NCBI GenBank assembly: GCA_026770705.1
Contig: JANJGN010000009.1
Span: 158,038,001-158,102,000, forward strand
DNA from: Isurus oxyrinchus
Taxonomy: Eukaryota
DNA length: 64,000 nucleotides
Direction of reading: 5' to 3'
The translations under genes and the position numbers were made by a program. Within the stretch, counting starts at the first letter, position 1, and every line of letters begins with the position of its first letter. Under the pieces are notes generated by a model. That model saw only the letters and a program-made list of their open reading frames with translations, made no database searches and was not told where the DNA came from. This document shows positions 50,661 through 61,700 of this stretch, one piece after another.

Positions 50661-51589
50661 GCTTTTGCATTTATAATTACGCTTTTTTTAGCCTTTCATA
50701 TGCAGAGAGTTGTTACCTACATATAGGCTTTACTGTTTTTGAGAAAACATATCAAATTCCTTTATAAGGCTATCTTATAATCTGTACTAACCCATTACAT
50801 ATAAACACACAAAAAGGTTACCAAACCCATCACACCACATTTGGACATGATATGACCATATACACTATTGACAAACCCTGTACCACAGAGCAGGGGTAAA
50901 TGCGGAAAACTCAGGAAAAGTTCTGTTTAAAAATAAATTTCCCTGACTCTTGGGCAGTCAAGCAAAGCTCTGAGACCATAGTTATTTGTAATCCCTCATA
51001 TTTGCAACTAAGTATCAACTTTCCCTGTAAATTGGAAATGTTTTCTTCATTCTGGAACTCGCCAAATTTTCCTTTTTGAAGGGCTGGAGTCAATCCGTAC
51101 CCCCCAGATGTTTGCCTAGTCTCTGAGAACAATGACGGCTGGGAAAAAAATACTACTTGGTATCTAATTTAACCCTTTTGTAGTCTAATTTTACAACCAT
51201 TCTCTTAAGTTTTTTTTATTCCTATCTATCTCAAATAACCTACCCAATAAAATTGAGTTAAATCTTGTTTAGAAAACTTCAGTCAAATCCTCACTAAGCC
51301 TGTGTTTCTCTAGATAGTTCTTACACTTGGAGCCAGACCTCTCAGTTACAAACAGGCGGGATGTTGTTCTAGTTATGCTCTTTTGCGTGATCTCCAAAGT
51401 CACAACATCCTTTACAAGGACTGTAGCTAGGCACAGTTCATTGTGTAGATGTACCAAAGCCTTATGTAGCCTGAATAATAGTTTTATACTTGATGGTCTT
51501 TGCGATTCAACCTAAAACTCTATTTTCTTTCCCTATAACCAACTTTCACTGCACGTGCACCTTTAACGAGTGATCAACAATTAGTCTCT

Positions 51590-51880
51590 GGCTTTGTGAA
51601 AGTGCAGCATTCTGTGGCCTCCTGAGCATGCCCGATTTTAAATGTATCACCATTGGTGGCTGTGCCTTCAGCTGCCAAAGCCCTAAGCTCTGGAATTCCC
51701 TCTCTAAACCTCTCTGCCTCTCTGTCTTCCTTTAAGACTATTCTTAAAAACCTACCTCTTTGACCTAGTCATCTGACCTAATTTCTCCTTATTTGATTTT
51801 GTTTTGTAACACTCCTGTGAAGAGTCTTGGACTGTTTTACTACATAAAGGAACTATATAAACAAAAGTTGTTGTTGCTGC
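51590..51880 (+). mobile_element. L2 LINE 3' end
   Basis: caccattggtggctgtgccttcagctg...ctctggaattccctc...cctacctctttgacc...cctgtgaag...ctatataaacaaaagttgttgttg. Confidence 0.8.
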
Positions 51881-53357
51881 AGGGAGAAGTAATGGAAAGA
51901 GGAATTGAAGGGCAAAGTTCCCCAGGGCCACACTTTCACATCCTTCAGTAGATGATTATATAGGTGTGGAGGTGTTTAATGTGAAAAGCAGAGGGAGGAC
52001 AACTTTTTTTTTTTCACAAAGATGAGCGACTTTGAAGTAGACATCATTGTTCAGATTTGATGGTGTTTTCTGCTTTTAAAAATAATCCAAATTGCCCCAA
52101 AATCTATCCCTGAAGAAAATCTTTGCCCCACAAAAGCATTCTTTGCCTAAATCTGCAGGAAGTTATGTGCATCTTATTGCTATGCCACGAAGCTGTGTGA
52201 TGTAATTGTTTTGGATCTCAGGCTAGTTGCTATGCAACTAACAGTTCCAAGAGTCTGGGAATCTGCTGCAGGACAACTGATTATTCAGTGAGTAAGGAGA
52301 GAAACGCCTCCTCGCTGAGCCTTTTGTGAATTGGGTTGATGTTGAGCCACCTGCTGGTGTGACACAGCCGAAGGGTCTACGCAATGCTCTTTCACCCTTT
52401 CAGTGGAATTGATGAAGTAATTTCTCTAGTCGTTATTGGTGCTGAACCAGCCCATTTATAGTATGGGTCAGATTTCGTAACCATTCCAAAATGTAAACAC
52501 AATTTTAACACTGTGCTGTGCAAGTGTGAATTTAGCTGTCAGAACTCTTGCAATTTCAGAGAGAAATAAAAGGCTATAGGAGGAACTTGTTTAGGTTGTT
52601 AACAATGCCTGGAATAATATGATCAGGAGCAGAGGAAAGGCCATTGTGCATCCCTGTTAATGATATGATCGTCATGCAACCATGAACTAAGCTTTCATCA
52701 GTCTGCCACGTGCCTGATGCTTCTCATGCTGTATGTAACAGGTGCCTTGTCTGCTTGTATTGCCCTGTCCAGCTTTGAATACTGTTTTAAAGCTTGGTTA
52801 AAGATTCATTACCATTTCATTACACTTTTTTCCCCTTGTAAATATTCAATTTAAAATCAAGATGTCCAGCTTTGGTTTCAAATGTCAATAAGCAGACATA
52901 ACCACAAATGGTGCATCGAACATAAAACAGCAAAATATGAAACATCTTGAGGGAGAGAGACTTTTTTCAAAAAGCTACATGTTTTTTTCATTTCAAAAAC
53001 CTATACTACATTTTAATTAGTGTTGTACTAAACCTCTAACCCAGCTGTTTCTGCCCTCCTCCAGCTTAGTTTGTGGCAGCTGTCAAAGCCTCAAGCTGCC
53101 TGTGAAATGGGGTCAGCTGCAGATGAGCAGGAAGATACAGCTGTGGATGTATTTTAAACAGCGGCCTTGTGATAAGTAGCAGAAGGGGCTACACTGCTTT
53201 GAACTTCATTCTTGGCAGTGATGCAAATCTTTTACTAACAGTGCCAATTTAAATATGAAAGATGCATTCTTTTCATTTGGAGGAATGCAGATAAATGATT
53301 GATTGAAATGTAATGTTTTATTTTGTTCTGCTTCTGCCCCAAAATTCACCCTTTCAG

Positions 53358-55088
53358 CTAGAATTTGAAAAATCACAAGTGAAGAAGGTGGAAAAGGAGC
53401 AGAAGAAGCTGTCCACACAGTTGGAGGAGGAACGAACACGACACAAACAGCTAACCACGGTTCTAATGAAAGAATGCAAAAAAGCAACCAATAAGGCAGC
53501 AGAGGAAGTACAGAAAACCACAGAGTTGAAATTAAGGCTGGAGAAAGAGATGTCCAGAAACAGCGAATGGGAAGAGGAGTTGGCCACCGAGAAGAGGCGA
53601 GCCTTACAAAGGGAGGCCCAAATGGAGAAACAGCTCTCTGAGTTTGACACTGAGAAGGAGCAACTGCGGGCAAGGTTAAACCGGGAAGAAAATCGGGCAC
53701 GGGCCCTCAATGAGGAAGTGGAACATTTAAAACAAGTTATTGAAGAGCTTAAAAATGGAACAGAAAACTCCAATAAAGTAGTAGCAAATGAACCAAAATC
53801 ACCAGTAGCCCTTTCAGTAGAGGCTGGGTCTAATAAAAGCAAGTCGGTGTCCCCTTCATGCCAAACTGATTGCTCTCATGTGAAAGTGTCAAATGGAGGT
53901 GATGTGAAAGAGAGACACTGCACATCATCAACACCATCCATACTTGTTCCACAACTAAATGGACATTGCTCTGCATTTATGCTTGATAATGCTGATGGTC
54001 AATCTACTGACGGGAATGGAGCAGATAGTCTTTGCTCAGGCGAAAACAAAGTAGCTTCCCCATGCCCAGGTCACATTGTTGAAAATGGAAGTGCTAATGT
54101 GGCCTCTTGTGCTTCACCTCATTTCACCGGTGGAGCCTCACTTTCTCCATGCAACACCGTAAACTCTTCAGCTGCTTCCTCAGTAACATCTTCACCATGC
54201 TCATCACCTGTGTTGACTAAGCGACTCACTAGTTCGACAAGCCCCAGCAGCAGCTTCCAGTCATCATACCAAGCTGGGCTGAATCAAAGGTTTCACGCTG
54301 CTCGGTTTAAATTCCAAGCTCAAGCAGAGCAAGATCAGCAGACCGGTGTCTTACAGAGTCCTCCTCCAAGGGATCTGTCACCCACTACCTCAGATAGTTC
54401 AGCTGCCAAACAGTTGGCTCGAAATACGGTGACCCAAGTCCTTTCTAGGTTCACAAACCAGCCAGGAACTCTTAAAACTGCAAATAATTCCCCCTTTGGT
54501 ACTGACTATCGACAATTGGGTAGTTCACCAAAAACGCCAACTGGTGATGCCAGTCATTCACCAACCTCTAGTAAAGTCTCAAGTCCACAAGGTCCATTGG
54601 CACCTGGGATAAAATCACCAACAATATCAAGGGTGGACCGAGGAAATCCTCCTCCCATTCCTCCTAAAAAGCCAGGCCTTGCACAATCACCTGCATCACC
54701 GCATCCACTGGCTAGAGCAGCTGCAGACAGCGGACCATCCCAAATTGGACCTTCTGCTAAAAACGAATCAGGCGCTTCCAATTCTGTTCAACCTCAACGT
54801 TTTTTTAACTGGCGTGAAACAGGGATTCATGAGGAAGTTGCATTGAAATCATCTTTGGAACGAGGTGCAACAATTGGCTGTGAAGACGGGACTGAGGGTA
54901 CAGTTCATGTTGTACCAGTGGGGACACTATCTAATGAACCAAATCCTACAGGCCCCCTGAAGCTTTCGACAGTTTCCACAGATGTTTGTGGCACCACCGT
55001 GGACTTGCCAAACACCTGTGGCATGAACAACAGTTTGATTACGCCATCCAGTAAAGAGATTGATATACTTCTACCAACCAGTAGTTAA
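53358..55088 (+). CDS. CTTNBP2NL: CTTNBP2NL terminal coding exon (576 aa): coiled coil, Ser/Pro-rich region, PPPIPPKKP motif, C-terminal LLPTSS
   Basis: Acceptor cccttttcAG-type site ends at 53357, in frame with ORF 53313..55088. Motifs LEFEKSQVKK, NQRFHAAR, AAKQLARNTVTQVLSRFT, SPFGTDYR, RGNPPPIPPKKPGL; ends LLPTSS* as in recalled CTTNBP2NL. Spliced total is 722 aa. Confidence 0.97.
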   Translation, partial: LEFEKSQVKKVEKEQKKLSTQLEEERTRHKQLTTVLMKECKKATNKAAEEVQKTTELKLRLEKEMSRNSEWEEELATEKRRALQREAQMEKQLSEFDTEKEQLRARLNREENRARALNEEVEHLKQVIEELKNGTENSNKVVANEPKSPVALSVEAGSNKSKSVSPSCQTDCSHVKVSNGGDVKERHCTSSTPSILVPQLNGHCSAFMLDNADGQSTDGNGADSLCSGENKVASPCPGHIVENGSANVASCASPHFTGGASLSPCNTVNSSAASSVTSSPCSSPVLTKRLTSSTSPSSSFQSSYQAGLNQRFHAARFKFQAQAEQDQQTGVLQSPPPRDLSPTTSDSSAAKQLARNTVTQVLSRFTNQPGTLKTANNSPFGTDYRQLGSSPKTPTGDASHSPTSSKVSSPQGPLAPGIKSPTISRVDRGNPPPIPPKKPGLAQSPASPHPLARAAADSGPSQIGPSAKNESGASNSVQPQRFFNWRETGIHEEVALKSSLERGATIGCEDGTEGTVHVVPVGTLSNEPNPTGPLKLSTVSTDVCGTTVDLPNTCGMNNSLITPSSKEIDILLPTSS

Positions 55089-55169
55089 TCTGTCTAGAAA
55101 TGAAATGTGAGTTGTGCTTTTCTTTCTCCTGATTGCAGATATGAAGTTTCTTAATTGCATCACAGTTTA

Positions 55170-55181
55170 TTATTTATTTAT
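55170..55181 (+). promoter_or_regulatory. AU-rich element in the 3' UTR (overlapping AUUUA pentamers, UUAUUUAUU nonamer)
   Basis: TTATTTATTTAT about 80 nt after the stop codon. Motif only, in AT-rich context. Confidence 0.35.
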
Positions 55182-56494
55182 AGGGCATTTTGTATTTGTA
55201 CAATATCCACCTTGCTATACATTATTTTCTCAAATTCAGGAATTATTTTAGATCCTTACTTGTGTTTCTGTTCATGTTAATGAGTGTTTTATATATGACC
55301 TTTTAGTACTAATGTCAAGGCCACTGGTTTATGGTTTACGTGAGAAGAATTAACAGAATGTGCTTCATGAAACATCAGTTTAAAAATCCTGAAATCCCAT
55401 AGAATAAAAGACTTCCTTATTCAGTCATGATTTTTAAAGAATCTCGAAATTAATCCCCAAAACGGTTAGAAATTCCAAAACGTATATTAAAAATGGGAGT
55501 TTTGATTTGTTCATGCAGCATAAACCAGTGACTATGACTATTCTATTTGTTTTCACTGCCTGTAACTTGTAGTACTTTAATTGTGTTGATATACTTGGCA
55601 AAACTGGCACAAATTGGGGAAGGAGTGGGAGGAGGTTATAATGCATGGGAAAGAAATAATTAGCAAACATGCTTAGGTGCATTTTGAAGTCCAAAACTTG
55701 CATTACAACTTGTGTGTAATGGATATTCACTGTGCTGAGAAGTCTACCTCAGCAGTAGTGTTCACCATTGGCTGCTACGACAATCTTCTGAAGACTACTT
55801 TGATGTCATAACAGCAAATTGAGGGGAGGGAGATAAAACATTAAATGTCAATAGATTTGAAGAACTTCTGCCTTGTATGTAAAGGGCACATGATTTTTTT
55901 TCTGTCACGTGACTGTATAGTAGCTCAACCACTCAAAAATAATATTGCAATAATGATTTAGAAAATAATTATCCTGATGGTGGTTAAGGAATGTATTTTC
56001 TTTACATAGGACTTATGACTGCATTCCAGGCCTTTAAGATGTGTTCCTTGAAGGCTTGAATTAATTTTTCTTTTAAACTGCATTATCAATGTAGCTATCT
56101 AAGGCACTCCTGGGAGTGCTTCGAAGGGGTCAGTGGTAAACTGTTTATTTTACATCTGGGATTTAGACTGTTAGTAATTTGTGCTCTGTTGTTTGTCTTT
56201 TGATACTGCATTTTTTAAATTTGATTTCTTAATTGCCAAATGTCTGCATTGTGGTATGGGAAGGTGTGGTTAATATTTCAGGCATAGCAGCAGATGCAAA
56301 TGGTTCCTTAATTTGTAAGTAACACAGTTAAACTGGTTGCACAGTGATCAAAACAATATTGTTTACACACTACTAGACAATGCATCACATTCAGTCATGT
56401 TTCTGGCTATGTCCAGTGGCAAATTTTTGTCGTACAGATTTTGAGCAATCGTATGTAGCAGTAACAGATGCAAAACTGTCAGTGGCCTGTTGAA

Positions 56495-56500
56495 AATAAA
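56495..56500 (+). terminator. Candidate polyadenylation signal (alternative AATAAA at 55403-55408)
   Basis: AATAAA near the end of the repeat-poor, U-rich ~1.4 kb after the stop codon. No transcript evidence. Confidence 0.3.
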
Positions 56501-57084
56501 TCATCTTCTAACCAAGCTAAACAAGGCAAGAGTATGACAATGGGGTAATGAATCAATAGTATGTGCAAGTCATATTATACATAAGAGGTAAAAAGCTGTA
56601 ATGTCTGTCTTTTTTAAATTCAATTCATAAAAATGCATTTCTTTACACCATTTTTTTTTTAAAAACTCCTTCCAGGACCCCACTAGCAAAAACATGTCTA
56701 TCCTTCTGCTTGTGGTCTTTCTATGCCATTCACTTTTCCGTTGGTCAAAAGGCTTAGAGAGCTTGTTCTGGATCTCTATTAATTCCAACACAACTGAGGT
56801 TGGAGCTCCATGATAGTGTCCCAGGATACCTTGCCTTATTGCTTTCTTTTCTCCTTGCAGGAAAGTATTTAATCTGGCAACCATAGTTGAGAATGGCATG
56901 AGTAAACAGAATTTAAGTAATTTCAGAGTGTAAGATTACATAATTTTATCTTACCAAACTTGAAGTACGTTATTTGTTAATTTGCATACTCAATATTTAA
57001 AGCTCCATGGTGTTGGCCATTTTAACATAAATGAGAAAATTACAGCAAATTTATTACAGTAGATTTCATTCATTTGTTTTGTAG

Positions 57085-57636
57085 ACTCAGAATCATAGAA
57101 TTGTTACAGTGTGGAAGAAAGCAATTTGACGCATTGTGTCTGCACCGGCTCTCCGAATACACTATTAACCTAGTGCCACTCCCCCACCTTCTCCCCATAA
57201 CCCTGCACATTCTTCCTTTTCAAATAACAGTCTAATTCCCTTTTGAATGCCTCATTTGACCTGCCTCCACCACACACTCAAACAGTGCATTACAGATCCA
57301 AAGCACTCGCTGCGTGAAAAGGTTTTCCTCCTGTCGCCTTTGTTTCTTTTTCCAATTACTTTACTTTAAATCTGTGTCCTCTTGTTCTTGATGTTTTGAC
57401 TACTGGGAACAGTTTCTGTCCAGATCCTTCATGATTTTGAATGCCGCTATCAAATCTCCACTCGGTCTTTTCTCCAAGGAAAATCGTCCCAACTTCTCCA
57501 ATCTATCATCATAACTGAAATTCCTCATCTCTGGAACCATTCTTGTGAATCTTTTCTGCACTCTCTCTAATGCCTTCACATCTTTCCTGAAGTGGGTTGC
57601 CCAGAACTGGATGCAATACTCCAGCTGAGGCCAACT
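57085..57636 (-). mobile_element. CR1 LINE 3' end
   Basis: Reverse complement LEYCIQFWA, F-RMVPE; 3' UTR with atcatagaa tail. Confidence 0.8.
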
Positions 57637-57995
57637 GCTGAGAGTAACTCACCTCCCGAGTCCCCAAAGCCTGTCCACCATCTACAAGTCACGAGTGTGA
57701 TGGAATACTCTCCAGTTGCCTGGATAAATGAAGCTCCAACAACACTCAAGAAGCTTGACACTATCTAAGAGAAAGCAGCCCGCTTGATTGGCACCCCATC
57801 CACCATCTTAAGCATTCACTCCCTCAACCACTGACACAATGACAGCAGTGTGTACTATCTTCAAGATGCAGCAACTCACCATGGCATCTTCGGTAGCATC
57901 TTACAAGCTCATGACCTCTATCACCTAGAAGGATAAGGACAGCAGAAGCATGGAAACACCACCACCTGCAAGTTCACCTCCAAGTCACACACCAC
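57637..57995 (+). mobile_element. CR1/L2-group LINE fragment, (ATGA)n family
   Basis: TIYK...SVMEYSPVAW-N-APTTLKKLDTI-KAARLIGTPS...IHSL. Confidence 0.82.
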
Positions 57996-58369
57996 CTTCG
58001 CCACCTCCTGCACTCTGATATGGTGCCCTTCACCCTGTGCCACTGACTCCACACGTGCTACATTCCTCCGAGGTGCTGGTATCTGTGTTGGTGGATTGTG
58101 GGCTGACCAGATCTAACAGTTCATCCTCTGATATCTCTTCCTCCTCTCGATGCCTGAGGGATCAACCGACCGTTGGAGGTGGGTGAAAGGCGATGGTATC
58201 CGTGTGAGCTCCAGTGAAGAGTTATTTTTTGTACTAGATCTGAGTCAAAATCTTTTTGCCTAGTTCCTGCCAAAGTTCAAGCTGGGGAGCCATGCGAAGG
58301 ACATTATGCAATTCAGAATTAAATTATGGGTACAACTATTAAAATGGCAAGATTTGTAAATTTTATTGC

Positions 58370-58745
58370 ATCTTACTGTGCCTTGCAGAAATGTCTCAAA
58401 GGTTTTCAGATGAATTGAGTTATCTTGAACTGCAGTGATTTTGATATTAAGCCAAATATGTCAGCCATTTTTACACAGCAGTCAATGAGATGAATATTGT
58501 TTTTTTTTATACAGAAGGAATACTTGTCATAGGGAGCTCCTTGCACTTCTTCAAATACAGGGTCTTTATTCAGCTGAAGTGACAGCCAGGGGACTTTGGT
58601 TTACTGCCTCATGCGATGGTTTGCACCCACTGGCAGTGCAGCACTCCCTCAGTACTATACAAAATTTCAGATTAGGCTAGTAATTTGAACTCTTGGTGGG
58701 TGGTCTTAAGCCCACAGCCTAATTGCTAACTGAACCAAGCTGATA
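58370..58745 (-). mobile_element. Deu-SINE (SacSINE1-like), degenerate
   Basis: cagtgcagcactccctcagtact...aagcccacagcct...gctaactgaaccaagctga. Confidence 0.65.
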
Positions 58746-61700
58746 TACTCAAACTCTAAAAGGGGTTAATATTTGGAAGTAAGAAATGAAGCATGGCTAG
58801 AAAATTACTTATTAAAAGTCACTTCTAGACGCAGGTAAAAAAAAAATCTTCCACTTTTGAAAGACCGTTAACCAGTAGAAATGGGACTCTAAAGAGGATT
58901 GAGCTCCTGTCAGCAAGGAACTGGTCAGTGGGTTGGAAAACACCCAACAAACTACAAATTCATCCAGTATAATGTGAAAGCATGAAAAATGGTTTAAATT
59001 ACCCTATTTTGCACGCACTGTGACACAAACACACATTTAATATTCCTAAAAATTCTCCATGTTCCCAATACTTTAATACATTGCAAGAACAATATCCTCC
59101 CCTCACATAGCTCCACTCATGATGTATGTAACTAATTAGGTCCAAACAAGTCCACAATTCCCAGACCAATTGTGGTTTGCAGCAGTTACAAGCAAACTTC
59201 CTATTATGCACGTGACAAATGAACTCCTCAGGTTACTATTTTATTCAGTGTATTAATTAGTTAATGTCCTTATTTTACAAATGCTAGAGAAACAATTAAG
59301 CTTTTGAGCATAGTATGCACTTTTCCTCCCAAAAGGTATTTCATGAGCGTGTATTCAAAGATTTACGGGGGTTTTTGTAGCATGAGTTGCCACACTAAGC
59401 CTTGATTTTTGAAAATTTGCATGTCTAGCCATATTTAGATGAAGGTGAGAATGTTATCTTCACCAGGTCTGATCCAGTCAGTAAAATGATGATGAATTGC
59501 TTTTCGGTCTTTAGGCGGATGGAGGAGTTTTGGGGGTGTTGTTGGCCAGAGAGTTCATTTTGGCCCAATGCACCCTCTGAAGGACCGTCAGATCCCCTCT
59601 AAAGTGTGCTGACCAGAACTGGTGAGTTAAGTTGCTAGTTTCTGGGATGTGTTGATAAATTCAGATGTTGCCAAACTAAATAGAGAAAAATAACATCCTT
59701 TGCTATTGTGCCTCATTATCCTGAATTACTTGTTAAGAATCTGTCATGGTCAGTCAACAGAAAGCTTGTGACTTTACTTGCTATGATTGGTGTATACCTG
59801 GTCATTCATCTGTGTGACTGCACAACTACCACTGTACACTGAAATTATACACATCATTCACAATGGGAAATGGTCCATCATGACCATAATGTGAGTGATA
59901 ATTTAGATCATAGTATAACACTTCATTGCTGATGCATGTTCTGCTTTGTGCTGTCAATTTTTTGTTCATTTATAAAAACAGTCTCCTTTTAAAAGATTTT
60001 TGAGGTATTTATTTCCTCAAAGCATAAAGGATACCTCATACTGATGGTGGGAGTGAAATTAGAAAGACAATATCACTGTAGCGTGTCTCTGGGCCCTTAT
60101 AAATATGGTGAGCTACCGTCGCAGCTGGATGTTCATCAGTGGCCCACATAACCATTTCTTTGGTATAGTTAGGAAAGCCTTAAGAGATTGTGGCTAGGAT
60201 GGTGATCTAATTGAAGAATATGATATAGTGAATGTTCTGATGTTGGTAAATTTTAAACACTGCAACTTAAACTGTGACAATGGACGGTGTGTAATGTAGG
60301 TGACGGGGATCGCACCCTCTGGCTGTAGAGCTGGCAAGAGCCCCATATCTCCTCCTTTGGAGAAGGCCTGCCAAGTGGCCAGTAGCTGGCCTAGCTCCAG
60401 ATTCAAGGACCTGGGGTGGAAATCCCATCCTGTGAAAGGTGTCTGCAGCGCGCCCAAGGAGAGGCCTAGGATCACCGCAGGACGCAGGCCACAGGTAAGT
60501 GAGAGTGGTATGGCTGGGGGTAGTAAGGGTGGTCAGAAGAAAGGGCAGGGGGCCTGCCCCTTTCCTGACATCAGGTCCCTCATTCAGAGGCATTGAATAC
60601 ATTAACCACCACCACCCACCCCACCAAAAATCCATAAGCAAACATATCGGAGTTTGCTTTTCAAGCTTCCCACATGGTAACTGCCCCACCTGCTGCTGGT
60701 TAAATACCAGAGGCAATGGGATGAGACACTAAATGTTCATTTAATGACGGAAGACTGTCCGAGTCTTTCCACTACGGACTTAGTCAGGACAGAGGTGGGA
60801 AGACGGTGGGATCCCCAGCCCGATTTAGATACCCCACCACCTCCAAACTCACCTTGGGGGAGGGCATTAAATTCTGGCCAATGGGCAAGCAGGTTCACAT
60901 TGAAGGGTGCATTTAGGACTAATCTCAGGAAGTCCTTCTTACAAAATGATGATCATGTAAATGAATTTCGAGTGAGGAACTGAAAGTAAGTGTATCCCAT
61001 GTAAATATTGAAGAACTAACAATTCTGATATAATAGTTTCAAGTTGATGAGAATGTTAATCAGTAGCTGAATATGAGGGGAATATGACCCTTATAACAGT
61101 TAACTAAATGGCAATATTTAAAATATGCTGGCATTGAGTTGCAGCATAGTGATTCAGTTGAACACTTCTGATGCTGCAAACTGCTGAAGTGCAAGTTTCA
61201 CTATTTAGGGAGTGTTGCAGAATAGTGAATTTTAATTGCTGCCTTAAATATGCCACCAAATGTTTTATATTTTGATACATGTATAATCTATAGTTTATTT
61301 CCTTAAGAAAATGTTTTCAGTTTTGTTGCTGTTCTGTGATACTGTATTAAGATGGTGTGAGGTAGGTGGAACATGATGATGATTGTGATGTAGAATCGGA
61401 AGAAATAGGGCATCACATAACTGGTGTTATAACGCAAGAGCTTTCCCTGTTTTCTACAACAGATTTCACCAGGAACTGTACTATACTAAGTAATCTAATT
61501 TTTTATTGTGCTTGATTGATTTTTTTCATAACAATTCAATGGATCCCACAGTTTTACAGTGCACACTGTAAAACAGCCCAAACAATGCAGTGCCTTTTTA
61601 ACACTTTTCTCCAATTGAGAAAAATCTGTTTTGACACAAGAGTTAGCCAAATCTGTTTGGATCTGAAATTGGGAGCCTTGTGCAGCCATTTCTCAACTGT

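Noticed and set aside
53313-53357. First 15 codons of the 591-aa ORF (MFYFVLLLPQNSPFQ)
   Set aside because: Intronic polypyrimidine tract ending in AG at 53357; homology starts at LEFEK.
53206-54781. Antisense ORFs 53206..53700, 53354..53842 and 54554..54781
   Set aside because: Shadow frames of the real exon with no independent motifs.
6073-55088. Calling the gene CTTNBP2 or a FILIP-family gene
   Set aside because: The start MNLENLSKPELL, the terminal LLPTSS* and the absence of ankyrin exons fit CTTNBP2NL.
56101-56122. Short 3' UTR hairpin gcactcc-tg-ggagtgc
   Set aside because: No match to IRE, SECIS or histone stem-loop consensus; expected by chance without conservation data.
60194-60983. 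Cluster of overlapping ORFs in a GC-rich block
   Set aside because: Composition-driven ORFs in what looks like a degenerate GC-rich repeat; the left terminus was not found, so it is not annotated.
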